Shown here: positions 8,100 through 16,402 of the stretch, piece after piece
How positions within the stretch are numbered: position 1 is the first letter of the stretch
Layout of the letters: each line of letters begins with the position of its first letter
Source of the DNA: a candidate division WOR-3 bacterium
GTDB lineage: Bacteria; Hydrothermota; Tepidihabitantia; SM23-42; JAOAFX01
Direction: 5' to 3'
Assembly: GCA_039802265.1 (NCBI GenBank)
Contig: JBDRWI010000042.1
Location: 1 to 21,666, forward strand
Length of the DNA stretch: 21,666 nt
Notes under the pieces: generated by a model
The model's input: only the letters and a program-made list of their open reading frames with translations
Database searches by the model: none
Told to the model about the DNA's origin: nothing
Made by a program: the position numbers and the translations under genes

Positions 8100-8972
8100 A
8101 TGAATAAAGATAAAGAGGCGTATATCTATGTCTTTTTGGTTATCCTCTTCTGGTCCACTGTGGCGTCAGCCTTTAAACTTTCCCTGCGTTATCTAAACTT
8201 TGTTCAGCTCCTCTTCTGGTCCTCCCTGACCGCATTTTTAATCCTTTTTATAATAATCGTATTTCAGAAAAAACTACATCTGCTTAGAGAATCATTTAAA
8301 AATGATTGGAAGAGTTCGCTATTCTGTGGATTCTTGAATCCGTTTTTGTATTATATGGTCTTATTTAAGGCATATTCCCTTTTACCGGCACAGGAGGCAC
8401 AACCATTGAATCAAACCTGGGCGATTGTCCTGGTATTATTTTCAGGTCTATTTCTGAAGCAACCGATTAGAATAAAAAGTATTGTTGCCATTTTCATCAG
8501 TTTTATTGGTGTCCTGATTATTACTACCCACGGCGATTTTAAACATCTTACCCTCTCCAATCCCCAGGGTGTAATCCTTGCCCTGGGCAGTGCCTTTATC
8601 TGGGCATTATACTGGATAGCTAACCTCAAAGACGACCGGGATGAGATTATTAAACTCTTCAGCAACTTTTTCTTCGGTCTTCTTTTTATTATTCCACTTA
8701 TTGTAATAACCAATAACTTAAAACCTTCCTCCTGTTCTGGATTACTGGGTGGTATCTATGTGGGAATATTTGAAATGGGTATTACATTCCTCTTCTGGCT
8801 TAAGGCATTAAAATTTTCCGCCTCAATTGCCGGAATAACAAATTTAATCTATTTTATTCCATTCTTATCCCTGGTATTAATCAGTCTAACCGTGGGCGAA
8901 AAAATTTCTCCCTGGACAATCCTCGGACTCGCCTTTATCGTCGTGGGGAATTTAATTCAGCACAGGCGATAA
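8100..8972 (+). CDS. DMT superfamily (EamA-like) transporter
   Basis: 290 aa, about 10 hydrophobic segments in two repeats; FWSTVASAFKLSL, LPAQEAQPLN.TW, LLGGIYVGIFEMGITF..W..AL, VGEKIS...ILGL. Confidence 0.9.
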   Translation: MNKDKEAYIYVFLVILFWSTVASAFKLSLRYLNFVQLLFWSSLTAFLILFIIIVFQKKLHLLRESFKNDWKSSLFCGFLNPFLYYMVLFKAYSLLPAQEAQPLNQTWAIVLVLFSGLFLKQPIRIKSIVAIFISFIGVLIITTHGDFKHLTLSNPQGVILALGSAFIWALYWIANLKDDRDEIIKLFSNFFFGLLFIIPLIVITNNLKPSSCSGLLGGIYVGIFEMGITFLFWLKALKFSASIAGITNLIYFIPFLSLVLISLTVGEKISPWTILGLAFIVVGNLIQHRR

Positions 8973-9088
8973 AATTACTCGTTTCGTCATAAAATATGCC
9001 CACGAAAGTGGTTATTTGTTCTGGGGCTTTTGTCCTAACTGGAGAAATCCGGTTATCAAGATATTTTGGCCCAGATCAGCAGTCAGGG

Positions 9089-10945
9089 TCAGCATAGCCC
9101 GGTAATGATTAGAAACTTTCGGAATAAGAAATTGAGGTCAGAAATTATCTGTTCAACCAGCGAATTCCTCAGATTCTCTTGCCAGATGGAACTCCGCTTA
9201 CCATCGGTGATTATGGTATATACCTTCCCGTTTTGCGGTTGTCTTTCATCAAGTTTCAAATATTTGTCTTTATATTTAACCACAACCTCCGGGCCGATTT
9301 CAATTTCAAGCTCACCCAGTTTTATATTTTTATAATGGAATCTTCCGGGGTATTCAATAAAATTGCTTTTATAGGGGCAGAATTTTTGGGGGGCAATGAG
9401 ATAATCTACCTCTTCAATTCCGCTTAAAAAGAGAGACCGGGAATTATTCTTTGGGGTAATAAATATCGTCCTCTTTTCCGGGGTTACGATATAGACACCA
9501 TCTTCAAATATTTTTAAGGTTGGAAAGGAAACTAAAGAATTGAGTGAGAACATAATTGAGAGGGCAACCATTATATAAAGTACTGTTATCTTTAGTGGTT
9601 TTACAAATAAAAGATAAAAAAGGATCAAAAACACCGCTGGAATTGAAAGTCTGACAGAGGCAAAAGGCAGGTGGGCAAAAAAATTTGAAATATATATCAG
9701 CAATTCAAGCAAGATTGAAATTATCGAATAAAAAATACCTATTGAAAAAAAGGACACGGGGGCAATAATAATGGTGATGAAAAGAAGATAGATTATCACT
9801 GAAGAAAGGGGAACAACCAAAACATTAGAGAAGACTGATAGTGTCTGGCAGCGATTGAAATGATAGATGAGTAATGGTGATACAAAGACCTGTGCCGAGA
9901 AGGAAACGGCCATCATTGCTAATAATGTTTTTAAAAATCTCGGTTTTATCTTCTGCAGGATTGAACTCTCCAGTCGGGGATAAAGATAGAGGATGCCATA
10001 GACCGCTGCAAATGACAACTGGGCACCGGGATCAAAGAGTAATTGAGGGTCATAAAGCAAAAGGAAAAGGGCAGTGATATTGAGGATATGAATGGGATTG
10101 ACATTCCGCTCAAAGGTCAATGCCAGACCAAAGAAGAAAGCCATAATCACCGCCCTTAAAACACTGGGGCGAAAACCAGTAATCCCGGCATAAAAGAGCA
10201 ACAAAATTATTATCAAAAAAAACTTTACAATCCGGGGTAGGGGCAAAAAGAGAAAGAGCAACCCCAAAAAGGTTATAACAAACCCAACATGTAATCCGGA
10301 GACCGCAAGTATGTGCAATACCCCGGCCCGGGCAAAGACATCCTGCAGTTCTTTTCCCACCCGGCTTGAACCACCCAATACAAGACCCGTGCCGATTCGG
10401 TAATGCACCGGAGGGAGATTCTTTTTTAAAAGACTGTCAATATAACTACCTATTATATAAAATATCCTGTTTGGATAAGCACCGGGCAAATTATCTACAA
10501 TTGTCCCGGATAGGATATTATGCCTATCGGGTCTATCGGCAGGCAGAATGCGTCCTCTGATTACAAGCGTCCTTCCTAAAAAAACCGCCTCCTGGAATGT
10601 GTAGTATTCAACGGGCATTTTAAAATCAAATGTATCTTTATTTATAATTACCTTTTTTAGATTGATTGACAACTTCATCCCATTCTGGAGATAATCCTCT
10701 GCAACTACTACACCCTGATAACAAAACTCCCTGATTTGCGGAAGATTCTTTATCGCACCCCGGAATGATGTGTTGATTGCCGAAAGGAAGAGCAGTGCAA
10801 TAAAGAGAAATTCTTTTTTGAAAAAAGAGAAACCTATTGAGAGTAAGAGCAGAAATCCATTCTGCGTTAAATTGAAATTGAATATGGATTGAAGAATTAT
10901 ACCAAAAACTACAGCAAGAAGGACCCTTATCCCGAGTCTATTTAT
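9089..10945 (-). CDS. comEC: ComEC/Rec2 competence DNA-uptake channel, 618 aa from a proposed ATA start; C-terminal lactamase-like domain degenerate
   Basis: Competence-domain motifs AGVLHILAVSGLHVG, GFRPSVLRAVIMA and DPGAQLSFAAV. The frame is open upstream of ATG 10678 to a TAA at 10975-10973 and encodes N-terminal TM helices (NRLGIRVLLAVVFGIILQ...FLFIALLFLSAIN). SD AAAGGAG precedes ATA at 10945. Identity is secure; the start position is less so. Confidence 0.9.
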   Translation of the reverse strand: MNRLGIRVLLAVVFGIILQSIFNFNLTQNGFLLLLSIGFSFFKKEFLFIALLFLSAINTSFRGAIKNLPQIREFCYQGVVVAEDYLQNGMKLSINLKKVIINKDTFDFKMPVEYYTFQEAVFLGRTLVIRGRILPADRPDRHNILSGTIVDNLPGAYPNRIFYIIGSYIDSLLKKNLPPVHYRIGTGLVLGGSSRVGKELQDVFARAGVLHILAVSGLHVGFVITFLGLLFLFLPLPRIVKFFLIIILLLFYAGITGFRPSVLRAVIMAFFFGLALTFERNVNPIHILNITALFLLLYDPQLLFDPGAQLSFAAVYGILYLYPRLESSILQKIKPRFLKTLLAMMAVSFSAQVFVSPLLIYHFNRCQTLSVFSNVLVVPLSSVIIYLLFITIIIAPVSFFSIGIFYSIISILLELLIYISNFFAHLPFASVRLSIPAVFLILFYLLFVKPLKITVLYIMVALSIMFSLNSLVSFPTLKIFEDGVYIVTPEKRTIFITPKNNSRSLFLSGIEEVDYLIAPQKFCPYKSNFIEYPGRFHYKNIKLGELEIEIGPEVVVKYKDKYLKLDERQPQNGKVYTIITDGKRSSIWQENLRNSLVEQIISDLNFLFRKFLIITGLC

Positions 10946-10949
10946 TTCT

Positions 10950-10956
10950 CTCCTTT
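10950..10956 (-). promoter_or_regulatory. Shine-Dalgarno site for comEC
   Basis: Minus strand AAAGGAG-AGAA-ATA. GGAG-to-start spacing is 4 nt, against 5 nt for efp, the roadblock gene, the PorV-like gene and the C25 gene. Confidence 0.6.
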
Positions 10957-10985
10957 GATTGCAAATATAAATTTACGCAGTTTTT

Positions 10986-11363
10986 TTATCTCTCCGGATA
11001 GATTATTTTGCTCAATGTCGCCTTTGCCTTATTCAGCTCAATCCTTGCCATACCCGGATTTGAACCCGCGGGTTTAAGGCAGGCATAGATAAAATAGTCA
11101 CTCCCTATCGGTTGAATTATAAAGAAAGCCGATTGTGTCAGCCAGATCAGTTCATTCTCCGCCCCTAATTTCAATGTCTCCTTTATCTCCTTTGTGGTAA
11201 GGGTCAGCGATGATATTTCGGCATCAAAGAGATTGACATCAAAATCGACCTCAATAACAGCCTGGGCTACCGGGATACCGTCATAGCCCACAATACTCAC
11301 ATACCGACAACCCGGAATCTTCTCCGCAATTTTTCTTATCTCTTCCTGCAGGTCTTCGGCCAT
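10986..11363 (-). CDS. Roadblock/LC7 (MglB-like) domain protein
   Basis: 125 aa; IPGCRYVSIVGYDGIPVA, ELIWLT...FFIIQPI, NPGMARIEL pattern; SD AGGAGG 4 nt before ATG. Confidence 0.8.
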   Translation of the reverse strand: MAEDLQEEIRKIAEKIPGCRYVSIVGYDGIPVAQAVIEVDFDVNLFDAEISSLTLTTKEIKETLKLGAENELIWLTQSAFFIIQPIGSDYFIYACLKPAGSNPGMARIELNKAKATLSKIIYPER

Positions 11364-11371
11364 AAATCCTC

Positions 11372-11929
11372 CTATGCCCTTTCCAAATACTCACCGGTTT
11401 CGGTATCAATCTTTATCAAATCTCCAACCTCAATAAACGGCGGAACCCGACATTTGTAACCCGTTTCGAGAACCGCAGGTTTGGTCTGTGCCTGGGCTGT
11501 GGCATCCTTTATATAGGCCTGGGTCTCTATCACCTTCAATACCACAGTCTTGGGCAAAATGATACCGAATGGTTTATCCTCAAAATACTGAACCTTTACC
11601 CTTATATTGGGTGTTAGCAATTTTGCCCGGTCACCAATAATCTCTTCATCAAGTGAAATCTGTTCGTAATTATCAAGATTCATAAAGTAGTATTTACCAT
11701 CGCTGAAATAGATATATTCCATCTCGACCTCTTCAACCTCAGCCTCTTCAACACGGTCAGTAGAGCGAAACCTGATCTCTTTTGAAAGACCGGTCGTCAA
11801 ATTGCGAACCTTCATTACTACCATACCCCGCCAGTTTCCGGGGGTAATATGAGTTACCTCCAATACCGAATAGGGTTCATCTTCAATTTTTATAATCATT
11901 CCCCTCTTTACCTGAGTAACCTGAATCAT
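11372..11929 (-). CDS. efp: Translation elongation factor P
   Basis: 185 aa; YYFMNLDNYEQI, TKPAVLETG...VPPFIEVGD.IKIDTETGEYLERA; loop HITPGNWRG. Start overlaps the cysS stop (ATGA); SD GGAGGT. Confidence 0.97.
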   Translation of the reverse strand: MIQVTQVKRGMIIKIEDEPYSVLEVTHITPGNWRGMVVMKVRNLTTGLSKEIRFRSTDRVEEAEVEEVEMEYIYFSDGKYYFMNLDNYEQISLDEEIIGDRAKLLTPNIRVKVQYFEDKPFGIILPKTVVLKVIETQAYIKDATAQAQTKPAVLETGYKCRVPPFIEVGDLIKIDTETGEYLERA

Positions 11930-13266
11930 TTCACCTCCCAGCGATAGATACTTGAGTCTTTGGTATCATCAATGATGATACCAAGTTCATTTAATTTCTT
12001 TCTAATTCCGTCGGATAACTCGTAATCCTTTTTCTTTCTCAGTTGATTGCGCACATCAACAATAATTTCCACCAATTTTGGTGACACATCAGTTGTTCTT
12101 TTCTCTTCTTTGAACCCTAAAATTGAAAGATATTTCTTGATACTGAAAAAGATCTCCAATGAATCATTCTGATAGCCTCTGTTGACCAGTTCAAATATAA
12201 CGGCGAGTGCCCGTGGGGTATTAAGGTCGTCATCAAGGGCATCTCTGAATTCCTCCCACATAAGTGGTTCAATGTCCTTTACCTCTTCATTATGTCGATC
12301 CAGGTAGGTCTTTATTCTCATAAAGGCGAGTTTTGCCTCTTCAAGCCGCTCTCTTGAAAAATCTATTGGTGTGCGGTAATGGGTCTTCATTAAAAAGAGA
12401 CGGACCACATTTCCGGAAAAATCCTTAAGGATATCTTCAATCAAGAAATAATGGCCCGTGGATTTTGACATCTTTTCACCGGTCAACTTGACCATTCCGT
12501 GATGAAGCCAGAAACGGACAAATTCCTTTCCACTTGCCCCTTCCGACTGGGCAATTTCATTCTCATGATGAGGGAAGACCAGGTCGTCCCCACCGGTATG
12601 AATATCAAATGATTCTCCGAGATAATGCATTGACATCGCCGAACATTCAATATGCCAGCCCGGCCTTCCTTTGCCCCAAGGGCTGAGCCAAAAAGGCTCG
12701 CCTGGCTTTGCCGATTTCCAGAGGGCAAAGTCCAGCGGGTCTTCTTTCAATTCACCGATTTCAATCCGCGCCCCGGCCTGCAATTCATCGATACTCTTTT
12801 TAGACAACTTCCCATAATTAGGGAATTTGCGGACCCGATAATAGACATCGCCATTCTTTTGGTAGGCAAATCCCTTTTCCATCAACCGCTCAATTAAACT
12901 GATTATCTCAGTGATATGCTGGGATGCCCGGGGGTAGTGATCCGGTGCTAAAATATTCAGATTGCGACAGACATCAAGGTAGATGTTGATATTCTGCTGG
13001 GCAATAATCCGCCAGTCAGTATTTAATTCTTCCTGCTTTTTTATAATTTTGTCATCCACATCCGTAAAATTTTCAATACTCCTTACTTTATAACCAAGGT
13101 ATTTTAACCACCGCACGAGGATATCCCTGGTCATTGCTGCGCGGATGTGTCCAAGATGGGGTGGTCCCTGGACGGTTACCCCGCAGGTATAGATTCCAAC
13201 AACATCCCGCAGCGGTTTAAACTCTTCCAACCTCCGAGTGAGGGTATTATAAAGTCTGAGCCCCAT
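11926..13266 (-). CDS. cysS: Cysteine--tRNA ligase
   Basis: YTCGVTV...HLGH (HIGH), NFTDVDDKII, DFALWK, GRPGWHIECSAM, DLVFPHHENEIAQSE, KMSKS, DDDLNTP. Confidence 0.99.
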   Translation of the reverse strand: MGLRLYNTLTRRLEEFKPLRDVVGIYTCGVTVQGPPHLGHIRAAMTRDILVRWLKYLGYKVRSIENFTDVDDKIIKKQEELNTDWRIIAQQNINIYLDVCRNLNILAPDHYPRASQHITEIISLIERLMEKGFAYQKNGDVYYRVRKFPNYGKLSKKSIDELQAGARIEIGELKEDPLDFALWKSAKPGEPFWLSPWGKGRPGWHIECSAMSMHYLGESFDIHTGGDDLVFPHHENEIAQSEGASGKEFVRFWLHHGMVKLTGEKMSKSTGHYFLIEDILKDFSGNVVRLFLMKTHYRTPIDFSRERLEEAKLAFMRIKTYLDRHNEEVKDIEPLMWEEFRDALDDDLNTPRALAVIFELVNRGYQNDSLEIFFSIKKYLSILGFKEEKRTTDVSPKLVEIIVDVRNQLRKKKDYELSDGIRKKLNELGIIIDDTKDSSIYRWEVK

Positions 13267-13268
13267 AC

Positions 13269-14294
13269 TTATCGGTTGCTGTTTGTAGTATTTTTTAAAT
13301 AGGCGGTTGCCGCGGCAATTCTTACCAGTGGATTGGGTGCCGAGAATAGCTCTGCAAATATTTTTAAATCCTCCTTTTTGTGATAGAGTCTCAAACCCTC
13401 AATTGCCGCGATTGAAACATTGATATAATCATCCCCAGTTGCCTTCTTTAACAACTCATAAAATTCTAAGAGCGGGAATTTCTTCATTGCCTCAGCACCC
13501 TTCACCCGAACGAAGGGGTCCGGTGACTGGACTGCCGCTTTTAATACCTCAATACCCTCGGTATTGTGTAACATTAAAAGTGCCTGTGCCGCGGCAATCT
13601 TTAAATCCCAGGGGGTATCGGTAAGTAACTCCTTAATATACGGTATTGCTGAAGTATCATTTATTTCAGCAAGGGCAAGGACCGCCTGACTCCATACCTC
13701 CACATTGGGATTTTTGGGGTCCATCTCTTTTTTGATAAGATTTACCGCCTGGTTTTCACCCAGGAGTGCCAGAGATTTCGCGGCATAAATACGCACAAGT
13801 GGGTCGTTATCCTTCAATCCGGGAATAATCGCCTTTTTATCCTTGAAATTTGCCAATCCCTGATAGGAATAGCGCCTAACTTTTGAAATCTTGTCCTTTG
13901 TGCCAGCCATTAGAATTCTGTAGCCGGCGGTATCTTTGATTGTGGCAACCAGATGATAGGCCTCTGTGCGGATTAACGGGTCATCGCTGACGCACAATTT
14001 TTTTAAAATTGGGGAAAGGGATTGTTCTTTTAATTCATAGAGGGCTCCCAGTGCCGCAACCATCGCTTCCTTGTTATCTGATTGAAGGGTCTGATACAGA
14101 GTGTTATATCCATTTTCATCACCGATCTCGGCAAGCCCCCGGGCGGCGGCTATCTTTACCGCTGCAGAGCGATCCTCCAGTCCCTTTTTTAAGATTGCCT
14201 CTGCCCTTTCTTTCGGTGGCATACCACAGAATGAAATAAGAACTATCAATAGTAAAGGAATTAAAAAATGAATCTGCCACTTTTTAGCATCCAT
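13269..14294 (-). CDS. HEAT-repeat (PBS lyase-like) putative lipoprotein
   Basis: About 10 repeats of the type L.D.DPLVR..AA.AL; N-terminus with KK, a hydrophobic stretch and ISF-C lipobox-like Cys23. Confidence 0.8.
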   Translation of the reverse strand: MDAKKWQIHFLIPLLLIVLISFCGMPPKERAEAILKKGLEDRSAAVKIAAARGLAEIGDENGYNTLYQTLQSDNKEAMVAALGALYELKEQSLSPILKKLCVSDDPLIRTEAYHLVATIKDTAGYRILMAGTKDKISKVRRYSYQGLANFKDKKAIIPGLKDNDPLVRIYAAKSLALLGENQAVNLIKKEMDPKNPNVEVWSQAVLALAEINDTSAIPYIKELLTDTPWDLKIAAAQALLMLHNTEGIEVLKAAVQSPDPFVRVKGAEAMKKFPLLEFYELLKKATGDDYINVSIAAIEGLRLYHKKEDLKIFAELFSAPNPLVRIAAATAYLKNTTNSNR

Positions 14295-14299
14295 AGTTA

Positions 14300-14327
14300 A
14301 TTATAACCATTTTCGGCTCAATGTCAA
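14300..14327 (-). promoter_or_regulatory. Consensus sigma70-type promoter, predicted leaderless, for the HEAT-cysS-efp-roadblock-comEC operon
   Basis: Minus strand TTGACA (14327-14322) - 16 nt - TATAAT (14305-14300) - 5 nt - ATG (14294). Confidence 0.85.
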
Positions 14328-14330
14328 TTC

Positions 14331-14358
14331 TTGACGGGTAGGATTATTTTAATATAAT
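14331..14358 (+). promoter_or_regulatory. Sigma70-type promoter, predicted leaderless, for the diguanylate cyclase
   Basis: TTGACG (14331-14336) - 16 nt - TATAAT (14353-14358) - 6 nt - ATG (14365). Confidence 0.8.
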
Positions 14359-14364
14359 TATTTA

Positions 14365-16359
14365 ATGTCTGAAAGTGAGTATATTTCAAGTTTTGCAAAG
14401 ATTGCTGAATCATTATTGGAGTATAAAGATATTAAGAGTATTTTCAAGAATATCACAAAATATGCCTGCCGTCTTTTTAATGCCTCGGCATCTTCTATAA
14501 TGCTTTTTGATGAAAGACGCGAAATTTTAAGGATTGTGGAATCACACAACCTTTCCAAGGAATATCTGAAGGTAGTAAAGGTGCGTAAAGATGAAGAAGT
14601 TGCCGGCCGGGTATGTCAGGAAAAGAAGATAAGGTTTGTTCCAGACATTATTGAGGTCTTTGTTAAGAAACAGGATACCTTTTCCCTTGAATGGATAAAG
14701 AAAGAGGGGCTACAATCCTTTGTCTGCGCCCCCCTGATTGTTAAAAATGAGGCAATCGGTTGTCTCAATCTCTATTACCGCAGCAAAAAAGAAAGTTTTG
14801 AGGAACTCTCTACCCTTGATTTCTTTGCCAAACTTGCCGCAATTTCAATAGAACAGAAAAAAATGGTAGCGGAGATTGAAAATAAGTCCCGGGTAGTAAC
14901 CGGTCTTGAGCAGGTTGGGCTTGTCTTTGCCTCAACATTTGATATAGAAAGAATTACCGAGGTATTATTATCTTCTGCCATCTCAATAACCAATACCGAT
15001 ACCTCAAGTTTAATTCTTATTGATGAGAGCCGGAAGGCTATCCTTGATGCATTTGAGTTTTCAAGAAAGTCCCAGAAATTGAGAAGATACAAAAGTTCGG
15101 CACGTCTTGTCAATGGAATTTCCGGAGAGATAATCAAAAATAGAAGACCGGTTGTAATTACGGACCTGAAGAGCTATAATAAAGTAAATCCGGTTTCCTT
15201 AAAAAAGGGACGGGCTTCGATTATTGCAATGCCCCTTATTGCGCGAGAGAAACTTCTGGGTATTTTGTATGTTGATTCATTCAAAATCAGGGAATTCTCT
15301 CAGCTTGACATTGAATACCTTCAACTTTTGTGTAATCAGGCGGCAATCTCTCTTGATAATACTGCACTTTATAAGCGTCTGGCCCGAGAGGCTCAGGAAA
15401 CTGCAATTTTATACGAGGTTGGTAAGACATTTATATCAACCCTTGATTTTGACCAGCTCCTTAATAATATCCTCAAGCGTCTCATTGATACATTCGGGTA
15501 TCTCAATCTTGCCATATTCCTGGTAGATGAAGCAAAGAATGAATTAAAACTCCGTTCATATATTAACTATCCAGAGTCAGTAAAGAATATAAAGATTGGT
15601 ATTGGTGTCAATGGAATTACCGGTCATGTTGCAGCAACAAAAGAGATGCATTACGCAGCGGATGTTTCAAAGGACCCGTATTACATTCCTGGTGTCAAGG
15701 AGGCAAAAAGTGAGGTATGTTTTCCATTAATGATTGGGGAAAAATTGATCGGTGTATTGGATGTGGAAAGCCCCGAGATCAACGGATTCACCCCTGACGA
15801 CATCCGACTCCTTGATACACTCAGTGCCCAGATTGCCATTGCCCTTGATAATGCCCGGCTCTATGAAGAGGCAAAGAGACTTTCCCTTACCGATCCTTTG
15901 ACCTCTCTGGCAAATCGTCGCAGTTTTGATATGTTTATTGATGCTGAAATAAAAAGGGCTGAGCGGTATCGCCGTCCATTCGCCCTATTAATGATTGACT
16001 TTGACAATTTCAAGTCCTATAATGATAAATTTGGCCATACATCCGGCGATTATATATTACAAAAATTCAGTAAAATACTGAAGGAGTCAATTCGTGATGT
16101 TGATTTCTTGAGTCGTTACGGGGGCGACGAATTTGTGGTGGTTTTGCCCGAGACTGATGCCAACTTTGCCCTTCTTGTTGCCGAGAGAATGAGAAAAAGG
16201 ATTGAATCGGAAAATCTTGAGCCAAGGGTAACCCTCAGTATCGGTGTCGCAATGTTTCCCAAGGACAGTCGTGATAAGAAGACGCTCATCAATCTTGCCG
16301 ACCGTGCCTGCTATGAGGCAAAGCAGATGGGAGGTAATAGAGTAAATTTCGCCTCGTAA
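14365..16359 (+). CDS. Cytoplasmic diguanylate cyclase with three GAF domains
   Basis: Three GAF units ending in CAPL...IGCLNL, AMPL...LGILYV and CFPL...IGVLDV; TDPLTSLANRR, IDFDNFKSYNDKFGH..GD, intact RYGGDEF active site and RDVD (RxxD) I-site five residues upstream; no TM segment. Confidence 0.95.
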   Translation: MSESEYISSFAKIAESLLEYKDIKSIFKNITKYACRLFNASASSIMLFDERREILRIVESHNLSKEYLKVVKVRKDEEVAGRVCQEKKIRFVPDIIEVFVKKQDTFSLEWIKKEGLQSFVCAPLIVKNEAIGCLNLYYRSKKESFEELSTLDFFAKLAAISIEQKKMVAEIENKSRVVTGLEQVGLVFASTFDIERITEVLLSSAISITNTDTSSLILIDESRKAILDAFEFSRKSQKLRRYKSSARLVNGISGEIIKNRRPVVITDLKSYNKVNPVSLKKGRASIIAMPLIAREKLLGILYVDSFKIREFSQLDIEYLQLLCNQAAISLDNTALYKRLAREAQETAILYEVGKTFISTLDFDQLLNNILKRLIDTFGYLNLAIFLVDEAKNELKLRSYINYPESVKNIKIGIGVNGITGHVAATKEMHYAADVSKDPYYIPGVKEAKSEVCFPLMIGEKLIGVLDVESPEINGFTPDDIRLLDTLSAQIAIALDNARLYEEAKRLSLTDPLTSLANRRSFDMFIDAEIKRAERYRRPFALLMIDFDNFKSYNDKFGHTSGDYILQKFSKILKESIRDVDFLSRYGGDEFVVVLPETDANFALLVAERMRKRIESENLEPRVTLSIGVAMFPKDSRDKKTLINLADRACYEAKQMGGNRVNFAS

Positions 16360-16391
16360 TAAAAAAATATAAACCTTATACGGAGGTTTAA

Positions 16392-16399
16392 AAGGAGGT
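16392..16399 (+). promoter_or_regulatory. Shine-Dalgarno site for the C25 peptidase
   Basis: AAGGAGGT 3 nt upstream of ATG 16403. Confidence 0.8.
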
Positions 16400-16402
16400 A
16401 AG

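Noticed and set aside
8973..9088. Intrinsic terminator between the convergent DMT and comEC genes
   Set aside because: Only weak pairing (TTTCGT...ACGAAA with a long loop) and no convincing stem plus U-tract.
9089..10678. comEC as a 5'-truncated or frameshifted pseudogene
   Set aside because: The upstream frame is uninterrupted and encodes the expected TM helices; only the start codon is atypical.
14295..14364. c-di-GMP riboswitch ahead of the cyclase
   Set aside because: The gap is filled by two core promoters, leaving no leader.
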